A stretch of DNA of 64,000 nt. Origin: the human T2T-CHM13v2.0 reference genome, Homo sapiens. How positions within the stretch are numbered: position 1 is the stretch's first letter; each line of letters begins with the position of its first letter. A model generated the notes under the pieces. That model saw nothing but the letters and a program-made list of their open reading frames with translations. It did not search any database and was not told where the DNA came from. Of the stretch, positions 43,339-59,687 are shown piece after piece. The stretch is from NCBI RefSeq assembly GCF_009914755.1, contig NC_060929.1; one strand, 5' to 3'. The translations under genes were made by a program, and so were the position numbers.

Positions 43339-45450
43339 TGACATAGTTTGGATGGGTCCCCACCCAAATCTCACCTTGCATTGGAATAATTCCCACGTGT
43401 CAAGGGTGGGGCCAGGTGCAGATAACTGAATCATGGGGATGGTTCCCCCCATACTGTTCTCGTGGTAGTGACTAAGTCTCATGAGATCTGATGGTTTTAT
43501 AAATGGGAGCTCCCCTGCACATGCTCTCTCCTGCCTTGCCACTATGTGAGACATGCTTTTGCACCTCCTTGCCTTCCACCATGATTGTGAGGCCTCCCCA
43601 GCCATGCAGAACTGTGAGTCAATTCAACCTCTTTCCTTTATAAATTACCCAGTCTCAGGTATGTCTTTATTTGCAGTGTGAGAACAGACTAATACAATAA
43701 GTTGATACCAGTAGAGTGGGCTGCTGCTGTAAAGATACCCGAAAATGTGGAAGCAACTTTGGAAATGGGTAACAGGGAGAGGCTGGAACAGTTTGGAAGG
43801 CTCAGAAGAGGATAGGAAAATGTGGGAAAGTTTGGAACTTCCTAGAGACTTGTTGAATGGCTTTGACCAAAATGTTAATAGTGATATGGACAATAAGGTC
43901 CAGGCGGAGGTGGTCTCAGAGGGAGATGAGGAATTTGTTGGGAAATGGAGTAAAGTCACTCTTACTATGCAAAGACACTGCAGGCACTGTGCACCTGTAT
44001 TAGAAACGGGCATAAGATAGGCGGGAAAGAGTCAAAATAAGAATTTTTTTCTAGAGTTCCCTAGAGATCTGTGGAACTTTGAACTTGAGAGAGATGATTT
44101 AAGGTATCTGACAGAAGAAATTTCTAAGCAGCAAAGCATTCGAGAAGAAGCAGAGCATAAAAGTTCAGAAAATTTGTAGCCTGATGATGCAACAGAAAAG
44201 AAAAATCTATTTTCTCAGGAGACTGGGTTGTAGAAATTTGCATAAGTAATGAGGAGCCAAATGTTAATCACCAAGACAATGGGGCAAATGTCTCCAGGGC
44301 ATGTTAGAGACCCTCACAGCAGACCCTCCCATCACAGGCCAGGAGGCTTAGAAGGAAAAATGCTCTTGTGAGTCCGGAACCCCCTGCTGTGTGCAGCCTA
44401 GGAACCTGGTGCCCTGCATCCCAGCTGCTCCTGCCACAGGTAAAAGGGGCCAAGGTACACCTCAGGCCATGGCTTCAGAGGGTGCAAGTTCCAAGCCTTT
44501 CAGGTTCTAGGTGGTGTTAAGCCTGCAGATGCACCGAAGAATTAACGTTCATGAACCTCCGCCTAGATTTCAGAAGATGTATGAAAATGCCTGGAAATCC
44601 AGGCAAAAGTTTGCTGTGCACGGGAGCGGGGGGCCCTCATGGATAACCTCTGCTAGGGCAGTGTCAAAGGGAAATATGGGGTTGGAGCCCCCACACAGAG
44701 TCCCCACTGGGGTACTGCCAAGCAGAGCTGTCACAAAGGGGCCACCATCCTCCAGACCCCAGAATGGTAGATCCACTGACAGCTTGCACTGTGTGCCTGG
44801 AAAAGCTGCAGACACTCAATGCAGCCAGAAGGGGGGGCCGTACCCTGCAAAGCCACAGGGGCGGGGCTGCCCAAGACCCTGGGAACCCACTTCTTGCATC
44901 ACCTAGATGTGACACATGGAGTCAAAGGAGGTCATTTTGGAGCTCTAAGATTTGCCTGCTGGGTTTTGGACTTGCATGGGGCCTGTAGCTCTTTCGCTTT
45001 GGCCAATTTCTCCCATTTGAAACGAGTGTATTTACCCAATGCCTGTATCCCTGTGTATCTAGAAAATAACTAACTTGCTTTTGGTTTTACAGGCTCACAG
45101 GTGGAAGGGACTTGCCTTGTCTCAGATGAGACTTTGGACTATGGAATTTTGAGTTAATGCTGAAATAAGAGTTTGGGGGACTTAGGGGAAGGCACGATTG
45201 CTTTTGAAATATGAGGACATGAGATTTGGGAGGGGCCGGGGAAGAATTATATGGTTTGGCTCTGTCCCCACCCAAATCTCATCTTGAATTGTAACAATTC
45301 CCATGTGTCAAGGGTGGGGCCAGGTGGAGATAACTGAATCATGGAGGCAGTTTCCCCCATGCTGTTCTCATGGTAGTGAATAAGTCTCATGAGGTCTGAT
45401 GGTTTTATAAATGGATGTTCCCCTGCACATGCTCTCTCCTGCCCACCATG
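43339..45450 (+). mobile_element. THE1-type MaLR element (copy 2), DUX4-type motif at 45331-45341
   Basis: Same as 22900-25011. Confidence 0.93.
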
Positions 45451-46542
45451 TCTGACTAAATTTTGTATTTTTACTAGAGACGGGGTTTCACTATGTTGGC
45501 CAGGCTGGCCTCCAACTCCTGATCTCGTGATCCGTCCACCCCGACCTCCCAAAGTGCTAGGATTATAGGCATAAGCCACCACACCCGGCCTCTTTTTTTT
45601 CTTTTTCTTTTTTTTATCTGGAGACTGAGTTTTGCACTCGTTGCCCAGGCTGGAGTGCAATGGTGCGATCTCAGCTCACTGCAGTCTCCACCTCAGCAGG
45701 AGAGCAGGAATCTTCAGTGATCCACGGGCAGATCTGCAGCCATTGTGGGCACCTGTTCCTCCCGCGACCTTTGTGCCCACGTCTCTCCCTCCAGTACCTA
45801 TTGCACGACCCCCCACGTCCGCCTCCTGCCATTGCCAGCAAGTGCCTTGCGCGGGTACCTGGCTGCGCTTATTAATCCATTATGGTCGCTCTGTCACTGG
45901 TGCCATTATGTGCTCACGTGCCCACTCCCTCAGGTTTAGAAGTCGCGTCGCCCGGCAACAGAACAATCTGCTGGCTTAGCCTTTGGCCAAGTTGGCAGCT
46001 GGACGAGGACGCTCAGAGCCCAGCTCTCGAGAGTTCAAGTATCCGACAGTTCCCCACTGCTCCCAGGAGCGGTTACCCGGGCACTCTGTGCCCCTCATTC
46101 CTGTTTGGGCCAAGGCCGAGGACCTGCGAGTAGGGCTCAGTTGCCTGGAGCCCCTTCAGCCCATCGCCCAGTTCACTTTGCTTGTGGGATCTCCCCGTTG
46201 CTCCTGCCCCTGGACTGAGTGGCAGGCCATCCTACAAACACCCGGACACTCGACATCAGTGGTGTCAAGACAACTCTAAGAAGGTTTTCCGTGATCCTGC
46301 AAGACCTGTGTTCCATCCTGGTGATTCTCTCTTCAATTTCACTGCACAGGTACCACAGTAAGCCAGTGCTGTGTGCTCCGAATTCCAGGGCATCCCCCAG
46401 CTCAGCCACTACACTCAGCACAAGGACTCTGTGGGGCCCAGGAGCAGGTAGTCACCCCTTTGGGCTCCTCAACACCCGGCTGTCCCCAGACTTGTGTCCA
46501 GGGAAGATAGTGTTGAGGGCCCTCAAGGAGAGCAGGGCAGGG

Positions 46543-49500
46543 ATGCCTGAGCAGGACAAGGACCCCAGAGTCCAAGAAAATCCTGATGATCACAGAACGG
46601 TCCCCGAGGTCACCGGGGATGCACGGTCTGCATTTTGGCCCCTGCGGGACAATGGAGGCCTCTCTCCCTTTGTGCCCAGGCCCGGGCCTCTGCAGACAGA
46701 CCTCCATGCCCAGAGCTCAGAAATCAGATATAACCAGACATCCCAGACATCCTGGACGAGCTCGAGCACCAAACGAAATGCTATCTCCAGCTCCTACAGC
46801 TCCACGGGAGGCTTGCCGGGGCTAAAGCAGAGGAGGGGACCAGCCTCATCCCGCTGCCAGCTGACCCTCAGTTACTCAAAGACAGTGAGTGAGGACAGGC
46901 CTCAGGCTGTCTCTTCGGGTCACACACGGTGTGAAAAGGCGGCAGATACAGCACCAGGGCAGACACTCGCCCCCAGGGGTGGCTCCCCCAGATCCCAGGC
47001 CTCTAGGCCCCGTAGACGCAAGATTCCCCTGCTGCCAAGCAGGCGAGGGGAGCCTTTGATGATGCCACCTCCCTTAGAGCTGGGGTACCGGGTCACGGCT
47101 GAAGACCTGCACCTGGAAAAACAGGCGGCATTCCAGCGCATCAACAGTGCACTGCACGTTGAGGACAAGGCCATCTCGGACTGCAGACCCTCACGGCCTT
47201 CCCACACTTTGTCCTCACTTGCAACAGGGGCTTCGGGTGGGCCTCCCGTTTCTAAAGCACCCACTATGGATGCACAGCAGGACAGACCCAAGTCCCAAGA
47301 CTGCCTGGGCCTAGTGGCCCCCCTAGCATCTGCTGCAGAGGTCTCCTCTACAGCTCCCGTGTCTGGGAAGAAGCAGAGACCACCAGGACCCCTGTTCTCC
47401 TCCTCAGATCCCCTTCCTGCCACCTCTTCCCACTCCCGGGACTCAGCCCAGGTCACCTCGATGATTCCTGCCCCCTTCACAGCTGCAAGCAGGGATGCCG
47501 GCATGAGAAGAACAAGGTCGGCCCCTGCAGCTGCCGCAGCAGCCCCTCCCCCCTCCACATTGAACCCCACGTCGGGGTCACTACTCAATGCAGTGGATGG
47601 AGGCCCCTCACATTTCTTGGCCTCAGCCACAGCTGCAGCACGTGCCCAGAGGTCAGAAGTGAGATACAACCAGAGATCCCAGATCTCCCGGACCAGATCC
47701 TGCCTCAAACGAAATGCCAGCTCCAGCTCCCACAGCTCTACGGAAGGCCTCCCGGAACTAAAGCGGAGGAGGGGGCCAGCCTCATCCCACTGCCAGCTGG
47801 CCCACAGTTCCTCAAAGACAGTGAGTGAGGACGGACCTCAGGCTGTCTCTTCGGGTCACACCCGCTGTGAAAAGAGGGCAGATACAGCACCAGGGCAGAC
47901 ACTCGCCCCCAGGGGTGGCTCCCCCAGATCCCAGGCCTCTAGGCCCCACATCAACAGTGCACTGCACGTTGAGGACAAGGCCATCTCGGACTGCCGACCC
48001 TCGCGGCCTTCCCACACTTTGTCCTCACTTGCAACAGGGGCTTCGCGTGGGCCTCCCGTTTCTAAAGCACCCACTATGGATGCACAGCAGGACAGACCCA
48101 AGTCCCAAGACTGCCTGGGCCTACTGGCCCCCCTAGCATCTGCTGCAGAGCTCCCCTCTACAGCTCCCGTGTCTGGGAAGAAACACAGACCACCAGGACC
48201 CCTGTTCTCCTCCTCAGATCCCCTTCCTGCCACCTCTTCCCACTCCCGGGACTCAGCCCAGGTCACCTCGATGATTCCTGCCCCCTTCACAGCTGCAAGC
48301 AGGGATGCCGGCATGAGAAGAACAAGGTCGGCTCCTGCAGCTGCCGCAGCAGCCCCTCCCCCCTCCACATTGAACCCCACGTCGGGGTCACTACTCAATG
48401 CAGTGGATGGAGGCCCCTCACATTTCTTGGCCTCAGCCACAGCTGCAGCACGTGCCCGGAGGTCACAAGTGAGATATAACCAGAGATCCCAGACCTCCCG
48501 AACCAGATACTGCCTCAAACGAAATGCCAGCTCCAGCTCCCACAGCTCTACGGAAGGCCTCCAGGAACTAAAGCGGAGGAGGGGGCCAGCCTCATCACAC
48601 TGCCAGCTGGCCCTCAGTTCCTCAAACACAGTGAGTGAGGACGGACCTCAGGCTGTCTCTTCGCGTCACACCCGCTGTGAAAAGGCAGATACAGCACCAG
48701 GGCAGACACTCGCCCCCAGGGGTGGCTCCCCCAGATCCCAGGCCTCTAGGCCCCGCATCAACAGTGCACTGCACGTTGAGGACAAGGCCACCTCGGACTG
48801 CAGACCCTCACGGCCTTCCCACACTTTGTCCTCACTTGCAACAGGGGCTTCGGGTGGGCCTCCCGTTTCTAAAGCACCCACTATGGATGCACAGCCGGAC
48901 AAACTCAAGTCCCAAGACTGCCTGGGCCTAGTGGCCGCCCTAGCATCTGCTACAGAGGTCTCCTCTACAGCTCCCATGTCTGGGAAGAAGCACAGACCAC
49001 CAGGACCCCTGTTCTCCTCCTCAGATCCCCTTCCTGCCACCTCTTCCCACTCCCAGGACTCAGCCCAGGTCACCTCGATGATTCCTGCCCCCTTCACAGC
49101 TGCAAGCAGGGATGCCAGCATGAGAAGAACAAGGCCTGGCACCTCGGCTCCTGCAGCTGCCGCAGCAGCCCCTCCCCCCTCCACATTGAACCCCACGTCG
49201 GGGTCACTACTCAATGCAGTGGATGAAGGCCCCTCACATTTCTTGGCCTCAGCCACAGCTGCAGCACGTGCCCGGAGGTCACAAGTGAGATATAACCAGA
49301 GATCCCAGACCTCCCGGACCAGATCCTGCCTCAAACGAAATGCCAGCTCCAGCTCCCACAGCTCTACGGAAGGCCTCCAGGAACTAAAGCGGAGGAGGGG
49401 GCCAGCCTCATCCCACTGCCAGCTGGCCCTCAGTTCCTCAAACACAGTGAGTGAGGACGGACCTCAGGCTGTCTCTTCGCGTGACACCCGCTGTGAAAAG

Positions 49501-50040
49501 GCAGATACAGCACCAGGGCAGACACTCGCCCCCAGGGGTGGCTCCCCCAGATCCCAGGCCTCTAGGCCCCGCATCAACAGTGCACTGCACGTTGAGGACA
49601 AGGCCATCTCGGACTGCAGACCCTCACGGCCTTCCCACACTTTGTCCTCACTTGCAACAGGGGCTTCGGGTGGGCCTCCCGTTTCTAAAGCACCCACTAT
49701 GGATGCACAGCAGGACAGACCCAAGTCCCAAGACTGCCTGGGCCTAGTGGCCCCCCTAGCATCTGCTGCAGAGGTCTCCTCTACAGCTCCCGTGTCTGGG
49801 AAGAAGCACAGACCACCAGGACCCCTGTTCTCCTCCTCAGATCCCCTTCCGGCCACCTCTTCCCACTCCGGGGACTCAGCCCAGGACACCTCGCTGATTC
49901 CTGCCCCCTTCACACCTGCAAGCAGGGATGCCGGCGTGAGAAGAATGTTTTGTGTTCGAAATTGTTTGAGGGGTTTGGGTTTATTTTTGTTGGTTTTTTC
50001 TCTTTTTTTTTTGCTTACATGGGCATCCTTCAGCTTTTAA
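46543..50040 (+). CDS. Intronless POM121-like ORF, 1165 aa from the first ATG (frame open from 46219); copy 2
   Basis: By eye it differs from copy 1 only by a synonymous change (26535/46974) and V>M (28537/48976). AATAAA at 50105-50110. Confidence 0.7.
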   Translation: MPEQDKDPRVQENPDDHRTVPEVTGDARSAFWPLRDNGGLSPFVPRPGPLQTDLHAQSSEIRYNQTSQTSWTSSSTKRNAISSSYSSTGGLPGLKQRRGPASSRCQLTLSYSKTVSEDRPQAVSSGHTRCEKAADTAPGQTLAPRGGSPRSQASRPRRRKIPLLPSRRGEPLMMPPPLELGYRVTAEDLHLEKQAAFQRINSALHVEDKAISDCRPSRPSHTLSSLATGASGGPPVSKAPTMDAQQDRPKSQDCLGLVAPLASAAEVSSTAPVSGKKQRPPGPLFSSSDPLPATSSHSRDSAQVTSMIPAPFTAASRDAGMRRTRSAPAAAAAAPPPSTLNPTSGSLLNAVDGGPSHFLASATAAARAQRSEVRYNQRSQISRTRSCLKRNASSSSHSSTEGLPELKRRRGPASSHCQLAHSSSKTVSEDGPQAVSSGHTRCEKRADTAPGQTLAPRGGSPRSQASRPHINSALHVEDKAISDCRPSRPSHTLSSLATGASRGPPVSKAPTMDAQQDRPKSQDCLGLLAPLASAAELPSTAPVSGKKHRPPGPLFSSSDPLPATSSHSRDSAQVTSMIPAPFTAASRDAGMRRTRSAPAAAAAAPPPSTLNPTSGSLLNAVDGGPSHFLASATAAARARRSQVRYNQRSQTSRTRYCLKRNASSSSHSSTEGLQELKRRRGPASSHCQLALSSSNTVSEDGPQAVSSRHTRCEKADTAPGQTLAPRGGSPRSQASRPRINSALHVEDKATSDCRPSRPSHTLSSLATGASGGPPVSKAPTMDAQPDKLKSQDCLGLVAALASATEVSSTAPMSGKKHRPPGPLFSSSDPLPATSSHSQDSAQVTSMIPAPFTAASRDASMRRTRPGTSAPAAAAAAPPPSTLNPTSGSLLNAVDEGPSHFLASATAAARARRSQVRYNQRSQTSRTRSCLKRNASSSSHSSTEGLQELKRRRGPASSHCQLALSSSNTVSEDGPQAVSSRDTRCEKADTAPGQTLAPRGGSPRSQASRPRINSALHVEDKAISDCRPSRPSHTLSSLATGASGGPPVSKAPTMDAQQDRPKSQDCLGLVAPLASAAEVSSTAPVSGKKHRPPGPLFSSSDPLPATSSHSGDSAQDTSLIPAPFTPASRDAGVRRMFCVRNCLRGLGLFLLVFSLFFLLTWASFSF

Positions 50041-52107
50041 TAATCTGAAAAACTCTATTTACCCATTGTCAATGTGTATAAATTAATCTGAGTCAATTTT
50101 ATACAATAAAAGGTGAACTTTTATGCATGAAACAATAATTTAACAAGAAATGTACCTGAAGAAGAATGTTCATTACAAATACAGGAAACATAAATATTAC
50201 CAAATATTGGCAAGCACTAAAATGTTCAGAAATATAAGTCTATTACAGTTATAGCTCTCTCAAGCAAAAAAACAGCAGAGAAAAACTTAGTTTACCTTAG
50301 GGGCTATTTATTTACTTAGGGATTTGTTAAAAGGTCGAATGGGGTCACACAGAATACTAAGAAGAGCTGTTCACCCAGGCCTCACTAAGAACTCTTCTTC
50401 ATTCAGTAGCTGTATAGTAACATGACAACTGCTCCTACGACCCAAAGAGGAACTACAGCAACTACTCTTTAGCATCTGTTGCTCCCAACTCTGCTTTGCA
50501 ATTATATGACTCAAGCATTCTGGCTCCGTTAACTATTACTGCTGTTACTCCCAATTAAATTCCCTCTAAAAAATAAAAATTTTTAAAGCTCTAATTTAAG
50601 CTCTCTGCTGCCTCATGACTTCAATTCCATCAGAGTTATGCATTGTTTCCTCTGTACATCTTTGCTCTGCTTCCATTGCTAATTCCCTAGTAAAGTGTTG
50701 TATATTCAAAGTTCCAAAGAAACAGAATATCCAAGACATCACCAATCATCCAAAACACAGTGTAGGAGGCCACAGTTAAGAGAAGCAAGACCATTAGCTC
50801 TTTTTATAGGCTCGAGAACAACAGGATGCTTTGGTCCTGTATCAGCAGGACGCTTTTCGGGTAGATCCTACTGCCACCCTAGCTATGGGCACATGTCAGA
50901 GTCCCATGTAATAAAGGAGACAAAAGGAAACCACCACGAGTATAAACTAAGAAAAGTACTCCAAGGTTTCTAAGAATGGAGCTGTATAACTCACTTTGCC
51001 CCATTTGTTACTTCTCCACGGTACTTACCACCACCTATTACATATATTTTGTTTATAGTCAGTCTTCCCTCATTACAATGAAAGTTCCGTGAGGATAGGA
51101 ATATACAGTCAGCCCTCAGTATCCATGGAGGACTAGTTTCAGGATCTCCTGAGGATAACAAAGGATACTCAAGTCCCTGATATAAAATGACATAGTATTT
51201 GCACATCACCTTTGCACATCCTCCCATATACTTCATATCAACTCTAGATCACTCATAATATCCGATGTAAATGTCATGCAAATAGTTATTGTACTATATT
51301 GTGTAAGGAATAAGGACAAGAAAAAAGTCTGTACACGTTCAGTACAGACGCAATTTTTTTTTCCAATATTTCCAATCTTTGGTTGGCTTAACAGATGTAG
51401 AACCCAGGAATAAGTTCTGGTGTCCTATTGCATAGTAGGATGAGTATAGTTAACAATAACATATTATGTATTTGAAAATAGCCAGAAGAGTAGATTTTGA
51501 ATTTTCTCCCTACAGAAAAATCATTATGCAAATTACCCTGATTTGATCATTACACATTGAGTACATGTATTAAAACATCACATTGTACCCCATATATATG
51601 TACAATTATTATGTGTCCATAAAAATTTAATGTCAATATGTGAAATAAAATGAAAAAATAAAAATTTTTAAAGCTGTAATTATCTCCATCTGGTAGGAAT
51701 ATATATAATCTGAAATAAAAAATATATTTGTAATTGTTAGGACAAAATAGATTATACATTAAGTCTGCAAATTATAAATTATAAAATTCTCACAGAAACT
51801 GAAAAATTATTGATACTGTTAAATATTTAAAAAGCTGTCCTTGGAGAGAAAGAAACCTATCAGATTTACATCAACAAGTGTAATATATCAGCCTATTACC
51901 ATCTGCTACAGACTGCATGATTGTGTTCCCTCAAAATTCATATGATAGGCCGGGCGCGGTGGCTCATGCCTGTAATCCCAGCACTTTGGGAGGCCGAGGT
52001 GGGTGGATCACGAGGTCAGGAGATGGAGATCATCCTGGCTAACATGGTAAAACCCCGTCTCTACTAAAAATACAAAAAATTAGCCGGGCGCAGTGGCGGG
52101 CGCCTTA

Positions 52108-52356
<249 letters not shown>

Positions 52357-52486
52357 TTACTTCCTTTATAAGAAGAGACACTAGAGCTGCTTTTCTCCCT
52401 ACCATGTGAGGATACTGAGAGAAGATGGCCATTTCCAATCTAGGAAGCAGGCCCTCTTTAAGAAACGTAATTTGCCAACACTTTGA

Positions 52487-52891
<405 letters not shown>

Positions 52892-52985
52892 TAAGATACC
52901 ATCCTATAAGCTACAGACCAGCACTATCCAATAGAACTTTATATGACGAGGAAATGTTTTATATCTGTGCTATCCCTTATGTTAG

Positions 52986-53180
<195 letters not shown>

Positions 53181-53803
53181 TGAGTAGCTGGGACTGCAGG
53201 CGCCCGCCACCACGCCCGGCTAATTTTTTGTATTTTTAATAGAGATGGGGGTTCACCGTCTTAGTAAGGATGGTCTCGATCTCCTGACCTAATGATCTGC
53301 CCGCCTCGGCCTCCCAAAGTGCTGGGATTACAGGCGTGAGCCACCACGCCTGGCCAATTTTTATTTTATCTTATTTAAATAACCACATGTGGCTAGTGGC
53401 TAATGTATTGAACACTACAGCTGTAGACAATATGAAATAAATATAAAGCAGTCTCAACTTTGGAAAAACAGAAGACTCTTACTGCCTCATAATATAGATG
53501 AAAAATGAAATACTAAGTTAAGTAAAATGTTCTTTAAAGAACAAAAACAAAAGAAAACCTAATGAAAGCTATAAAAGTCCATTGGATAATAATGCTACCA
53601 GTACTAAGGAAGTACAGCCCCTAAAAGTGACTTGCAGTCACAAATATAAAAATGACTATTCAAGTGAACTCCTAAGGTAAAAATTTCTTATTCACCATGC
53701 TCCAAAATGGTCTGTAATATTCTTCAGAGATGGCATGGTGGGGGAGGCAAGTGGCATCTCTGCCCAGAGAGAATACACAAGCAGAAAGTTCAACACAGCT
53801 TAC

Positions 53804-53978
53804 CTGGTGAAACCCTACAAGCGTTTCCACTCCATACTCGCTCTGAATAATGGGATTGTGATGTCTTACACCAATTCTCAAACTGGGCGGCCAGCTGCAG
53901 CTGAATCAACTCCAGGTGCCCATAGTTGTGATACCAAGAGTAGTAGCTGTTCACACGGATCACATCCACATACAGAGC
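53804..53978 (-). pseudogene. GUSBP: GUSB exon 10 homolog, frameshifted (copy 2)
   Basis: Same as 33365-33539. Confidence 0.95.
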
Positions 53979-54037
53979 CTAGGACCAGAGCAGCAGAGCC
54001 CGTTCAGCAATCACAAGACCGCATGACTCAGTACTCA

Positions 54038-54385
<348 letters not shown>

Positions 54386-54657
54386 TTAGATCCTGAAATT
54401 ACCCTGCCCCACAAGCAAAAAACATGGTCACAAAGTGGCCCAAAGGAGGCAGGCCTGTGATTGCACACTGACGCTCACGACGTGTGCAGCTGGGAAGGGC
54501 TGTGAGAGGCAGAGCAGCTGCCAACACGCAGTCCTCAGCCAAAACCCAGGGCCCCCCGCCACTGGAACTGACTCCTCTCCAGGCAGCACTCCCAGCACTG
54601 GGCATCCCCTCACCTTGCCCTGGAGAAGCCCTCCCACCCAAGGGGCCAATGCAGTCA

Positions 54658-55014
<357 letters not shown>

Positions 55015-55238
55015 TCACTTGAGCTCAAGAGTTTGAGACTGGCCTGGGAAACATAGTGAGATCCCATCTCTACAAAAACATTTAAAATTAGCCGGGCACA
55101 GTGGTGTACACCCGGAGTCCCAGCTACTTGGAAGGCTGAGGCAAGAGGGTTGCTTAGGCCCAGGAATTCAAGGCTGCAGTGAGCTGTGATCACACCACTG
55201 CACTCCAGCCAGAGCAACAGAGTAAGACCTTGCCTTCA

Positions 55239-55276
<38 letters not shown>

Positions 55277-55548
55277 AGGTTCCAACCCTGGAGTTACTAA
55301 ATCAGGATCTCAGAATGCAGAGATCTGGCATTTCAATAAAACTTCCCCTGGAGATTCTGATCAGCCAGGTTTGGGCCAGATGAACTCTACGCTCACTTAA
55401 ACCTTTGACATTTTATGAGTCTATTAAATCGAGTACAAAAAATGCTGAGTCCAAACTGGGCAAACAAATCCCATCTCCCTATGCCCAGCCTCCTTGGATT
55501 CAGAAAGCCACACTGCCTGGAGAGTAAGCAGAGAGAGAATTGTCATTA

Positions 55549-55728
<180 letters not shown>

Positions 55729-55832
55729 TCAGACTGGCAGCACATGGTTCTTTCCAGCTGTTCCCATGAGCAGGCTTCAGGACAAGCCCAGGCAAAGGCA
55801 GGGAGAAATGGGGTGGGGACCCCCAGGCTCAC

Positions 55833-55917
55833 CCCCTTGTCTGCTGCGTAGGTGGAGTTGGTCACAAAGGTCACAGGCTGGGAGGGGTCCAAGGCTTTGG
55901 TGTGAGCAATCACCATC
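55833..55917 (-). pseudogene. GUSBP: GUSB exon 9 homolog (copy 3)
   Basis: Same as 14959-15043. Confidence 0.95.
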
Positions 55918-56165
55918 CTGTCCACAAAAGAGAGAAGACACAGGTTCCGTCAGTCCGGGAAAGGCTCAGACACCCTCCCATCCTCTCTGTCCCATCTTCC
56001 CCTGCCAGAACACAACTGGGGGCCAGGCATGATGGCTCACATCTGTAATCCCAGCACTTCAGGAGGCTGAGGCAGGCAGATCACTGAGGTCAGGAGTTCA
56101 AGAACAGCCTGGCCAACATGGCAAAACCCCATTTCTACTAAATATACAAAAATTAGCCAGGCTTA

Positions 56166-56423
<258 letters not shown>

Positions 56424-56950
56424 CTAGTCCTAGACCAAGCTCTCTAACAACACTCTTTCTCCCCCACACCTGAATCCAATTCCCCCAGAGGCGTAGCCAC
56501 CCTGCCAGGTACACACAGCTGAGGTCACTGGACTGAACACTGCCAAAAATGAGGTTCACTTCCTGAAATAGCCCTTGAACACAGGAGTGAATGGGCTGTG
56601 GATTCAGGTGGAATATTTATTAATGCATCAAGCAAACAGGTAGTGCGAGGTGGGAGGTAGGCATGAGGCTGGGTGCTAGGTGCTCAGTAATGACTCAAAT
56701 CTAAGTCCACAGGTCCTGGGCAGTAGGAGTGGAGATGCATGCACAGAAAAACGGTGCAAGTGCCAGGCGAGGTGGCTCACGCCTAGAACCCCAGCACTTT
56801 GGGAGGCTTACTTGAGACCAGGTGCTTGACACCAGCCTGGGCAACATAGCAAGACCTTGTTTCTACAACAAATTTAAAAATTAGGGCCGGGCATGGTGGC
56901 TCAAGCCTGTGAGCACTTTGGGAGGCCAGGGCAGGTGGATCACGAGCTCA

Positions 56951-57476
<526 letters not shown>

Positions 57477-58438
57477 TCAAGTTAACCAGGAGGGATGAAG
57501 GGAAGAGGCTCCCAACAGAGGGACCAGTCTGTGCTCAGAGCTCCCAGCATCTGCCCAAGGCCTCCACAGAACAGACTGTTGTGTTTTTGTTTTGTTTTGT
57601 TTTTTTGAGATACACAGTCTCATTCTGTAGCCCAGGCTGGAATGCAGTGGCATTATCTCAGCTCACTGCAATCTCTGCCTCCTGGTTCACCTGAGGCGAT
57701 TCTCCTGCCTCAGCCTACCTAGTAGCTGGGATTACAGACGTCCACCACCATGCCCAGCTAATTTTTGTATTTTTAGTAGAGACAGGATTCACTACCTGTT
57801 GACCAGGCTGGTCTCGAACTCCTGACCTCAGGTGATCCACCCACCTCAGCCTCCCAAACTGCTGGGATTACAGGCGTGACCCACCGCATCCGGCCTAGAC
57901 TGTTGTTGAAGCTGGTTTTCTTCTTCTTTCCTCAGTTCTTTTCTTTTACATCTTCCCCCCACCATTGCTCTGCCCATCCGAAGGCTGTGGCTGGCACAGG
58001 ACAGAACAGAACCTCCTAGCCTCAAGTTCCAAACCCACACTCTCCAATAGCCAGGCTCTCAGATGGGAAGCTTCAAAGCCTTGTGACAGCCTGGCTGAAC
58101 CTCTCCAGCCTGGGCGCTCCCTCCATTTCCTGCCCCGGAAACAGGCATCTCCTCTGGCCACCTCCCAAAGCCTGTCTGGAAGCCTCAGGCACCCGCTCCT
58201 GGAAGCCTGTACGATTCACAACAAAGGGCCCGTCCACCCAGTCGTGCTGAGCACACCCCTATTCCCCCGAGCTCTGAATTGTCCTTTGCCCAGGCTAGGA
58301 CAACATCTCAGAGCCTTCTGCCTGCTGCAGACTCGGCTCAGCCCAAATCACTCCATGAAATTGGGGTGTGGCATCTGCCTCAAGGAGCATTTCTACAACC
58401 TCTGCTGCCTCTACCGCAAATGAAACTGGCTCTCACCC

Positions 58439-58528
58439 ACTGGCTCTCGGTGACGGGCACAGTGCGGAGCCCCACAGGGAGTGTGTAGAAGTCAAAGGCC
58501 CCAGTGACTTCTGTGCAGTCAGCCGCAC
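58439..58528 (-). pseudogene. GUSBP: GUSB truncated exon 6 homolog (copy 3)
   Basis: Same as 17566-17655. Confidence 0.88.
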
Positions 58529-59297
58529 CTATGACAGCCAAAGCGCCAGGTGTGAGCGCCCCGACAGCCTGAGCCCCATCTGGCCTGCCCTACAGCAGGA
58601 AGACCCCTCGTGCATGCACCCCAGAAGTCGCCTCTGGGCCTGCGGAGAAGCAGCAATCAGAGGCTCTGCCCTTCACTGGCTGACCCTGGGACCTGCCCTT
58701 CAAAATCAGGCCTTCTCCTTGACCAGATGAGGTGGCTCATGCCTGGAATCCCTACACTTTGGGAGGCTAAGGCAGGAGGATCACCGGAGTCCAGGAGTTC
58801 AAGACCAGCCTGGGCAACCTAGTAAGACCCCCAACTCTATAAAAAGGATTTTTTTTTTTGAGACAGTCTCACTCTGTCACCCAGGATAGAGTGCAGTGGC
58901 ATGATCTCAATTCACCGCAGCCCCTGCCTCCTGGGTTCAAGCAATTCCCCTGCCTCAGCCTCCCGAGTAGCTGGGATTACAGACGTGCATCATCATGCCC
59001 TGCAAATTTTCATATTTCAGTAGAGACGGGGTTTCACCATGTTGGCCAGGCTGGTCTCCAACTCCTGGCCTAAAGTGATCCGCCCGCGTCAGCCTCCCGA
59101 AGTGCTGGGATTACAGGCGTGAGCCACCATGCCCGGCCTACAAAAAAAATTTTTTTAATTAGCCAGGCATGGTGGCATGTGCCTGTAGTCCCAGCTACTC
59201 AGGAGGCCAAGGGAGGAGGATTGCAGCTCAAAGCTGCAGTGAGCTGTGATCAGGCCATTGCGTTCCAGCCTGGGTGACAGAGTGAGACCATCACAAA

Positions 59298-59336
<39 letters not shown>

Positions 59337-59499
59337 AAAAAAAATCTGGGCCTCCCGCCAAGGGTGGGAAACATCAGAAAGCTCAGAAAAGCTCAGAGGA
59401 CCACACCTGCCCGTTCACCTGTCCTGGGCTCCTGCTGAAGCCAGGGCTACCAGATGGGAGCTAAAGACCTCCCTTAAGCAAGTCCCAAACCACCATTAC

Positions 59500-59687
59500 C
59501 TCCCACGAGTACAGGTAGGCGGGGTGTTCGTGCATCAGGTACGGCCACCAGAGGTTGGCACCCAGCACCTTCAGCTGGCCCTGGGTCCCAGCCTGGTTGT
59601 CCACGACTTTGTTTTCTGATTTCAAAAGACACACTTCCAACTTGAACTGGTTACTGCACTTGACGGAGATATGGTAATTCACCAGCC
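59500..59687 (-). pseudogene. GUSBP: GUSB exon 5 homolog (copy 3)
   Basis: Same as 18627-18814. Confidence 0.95.
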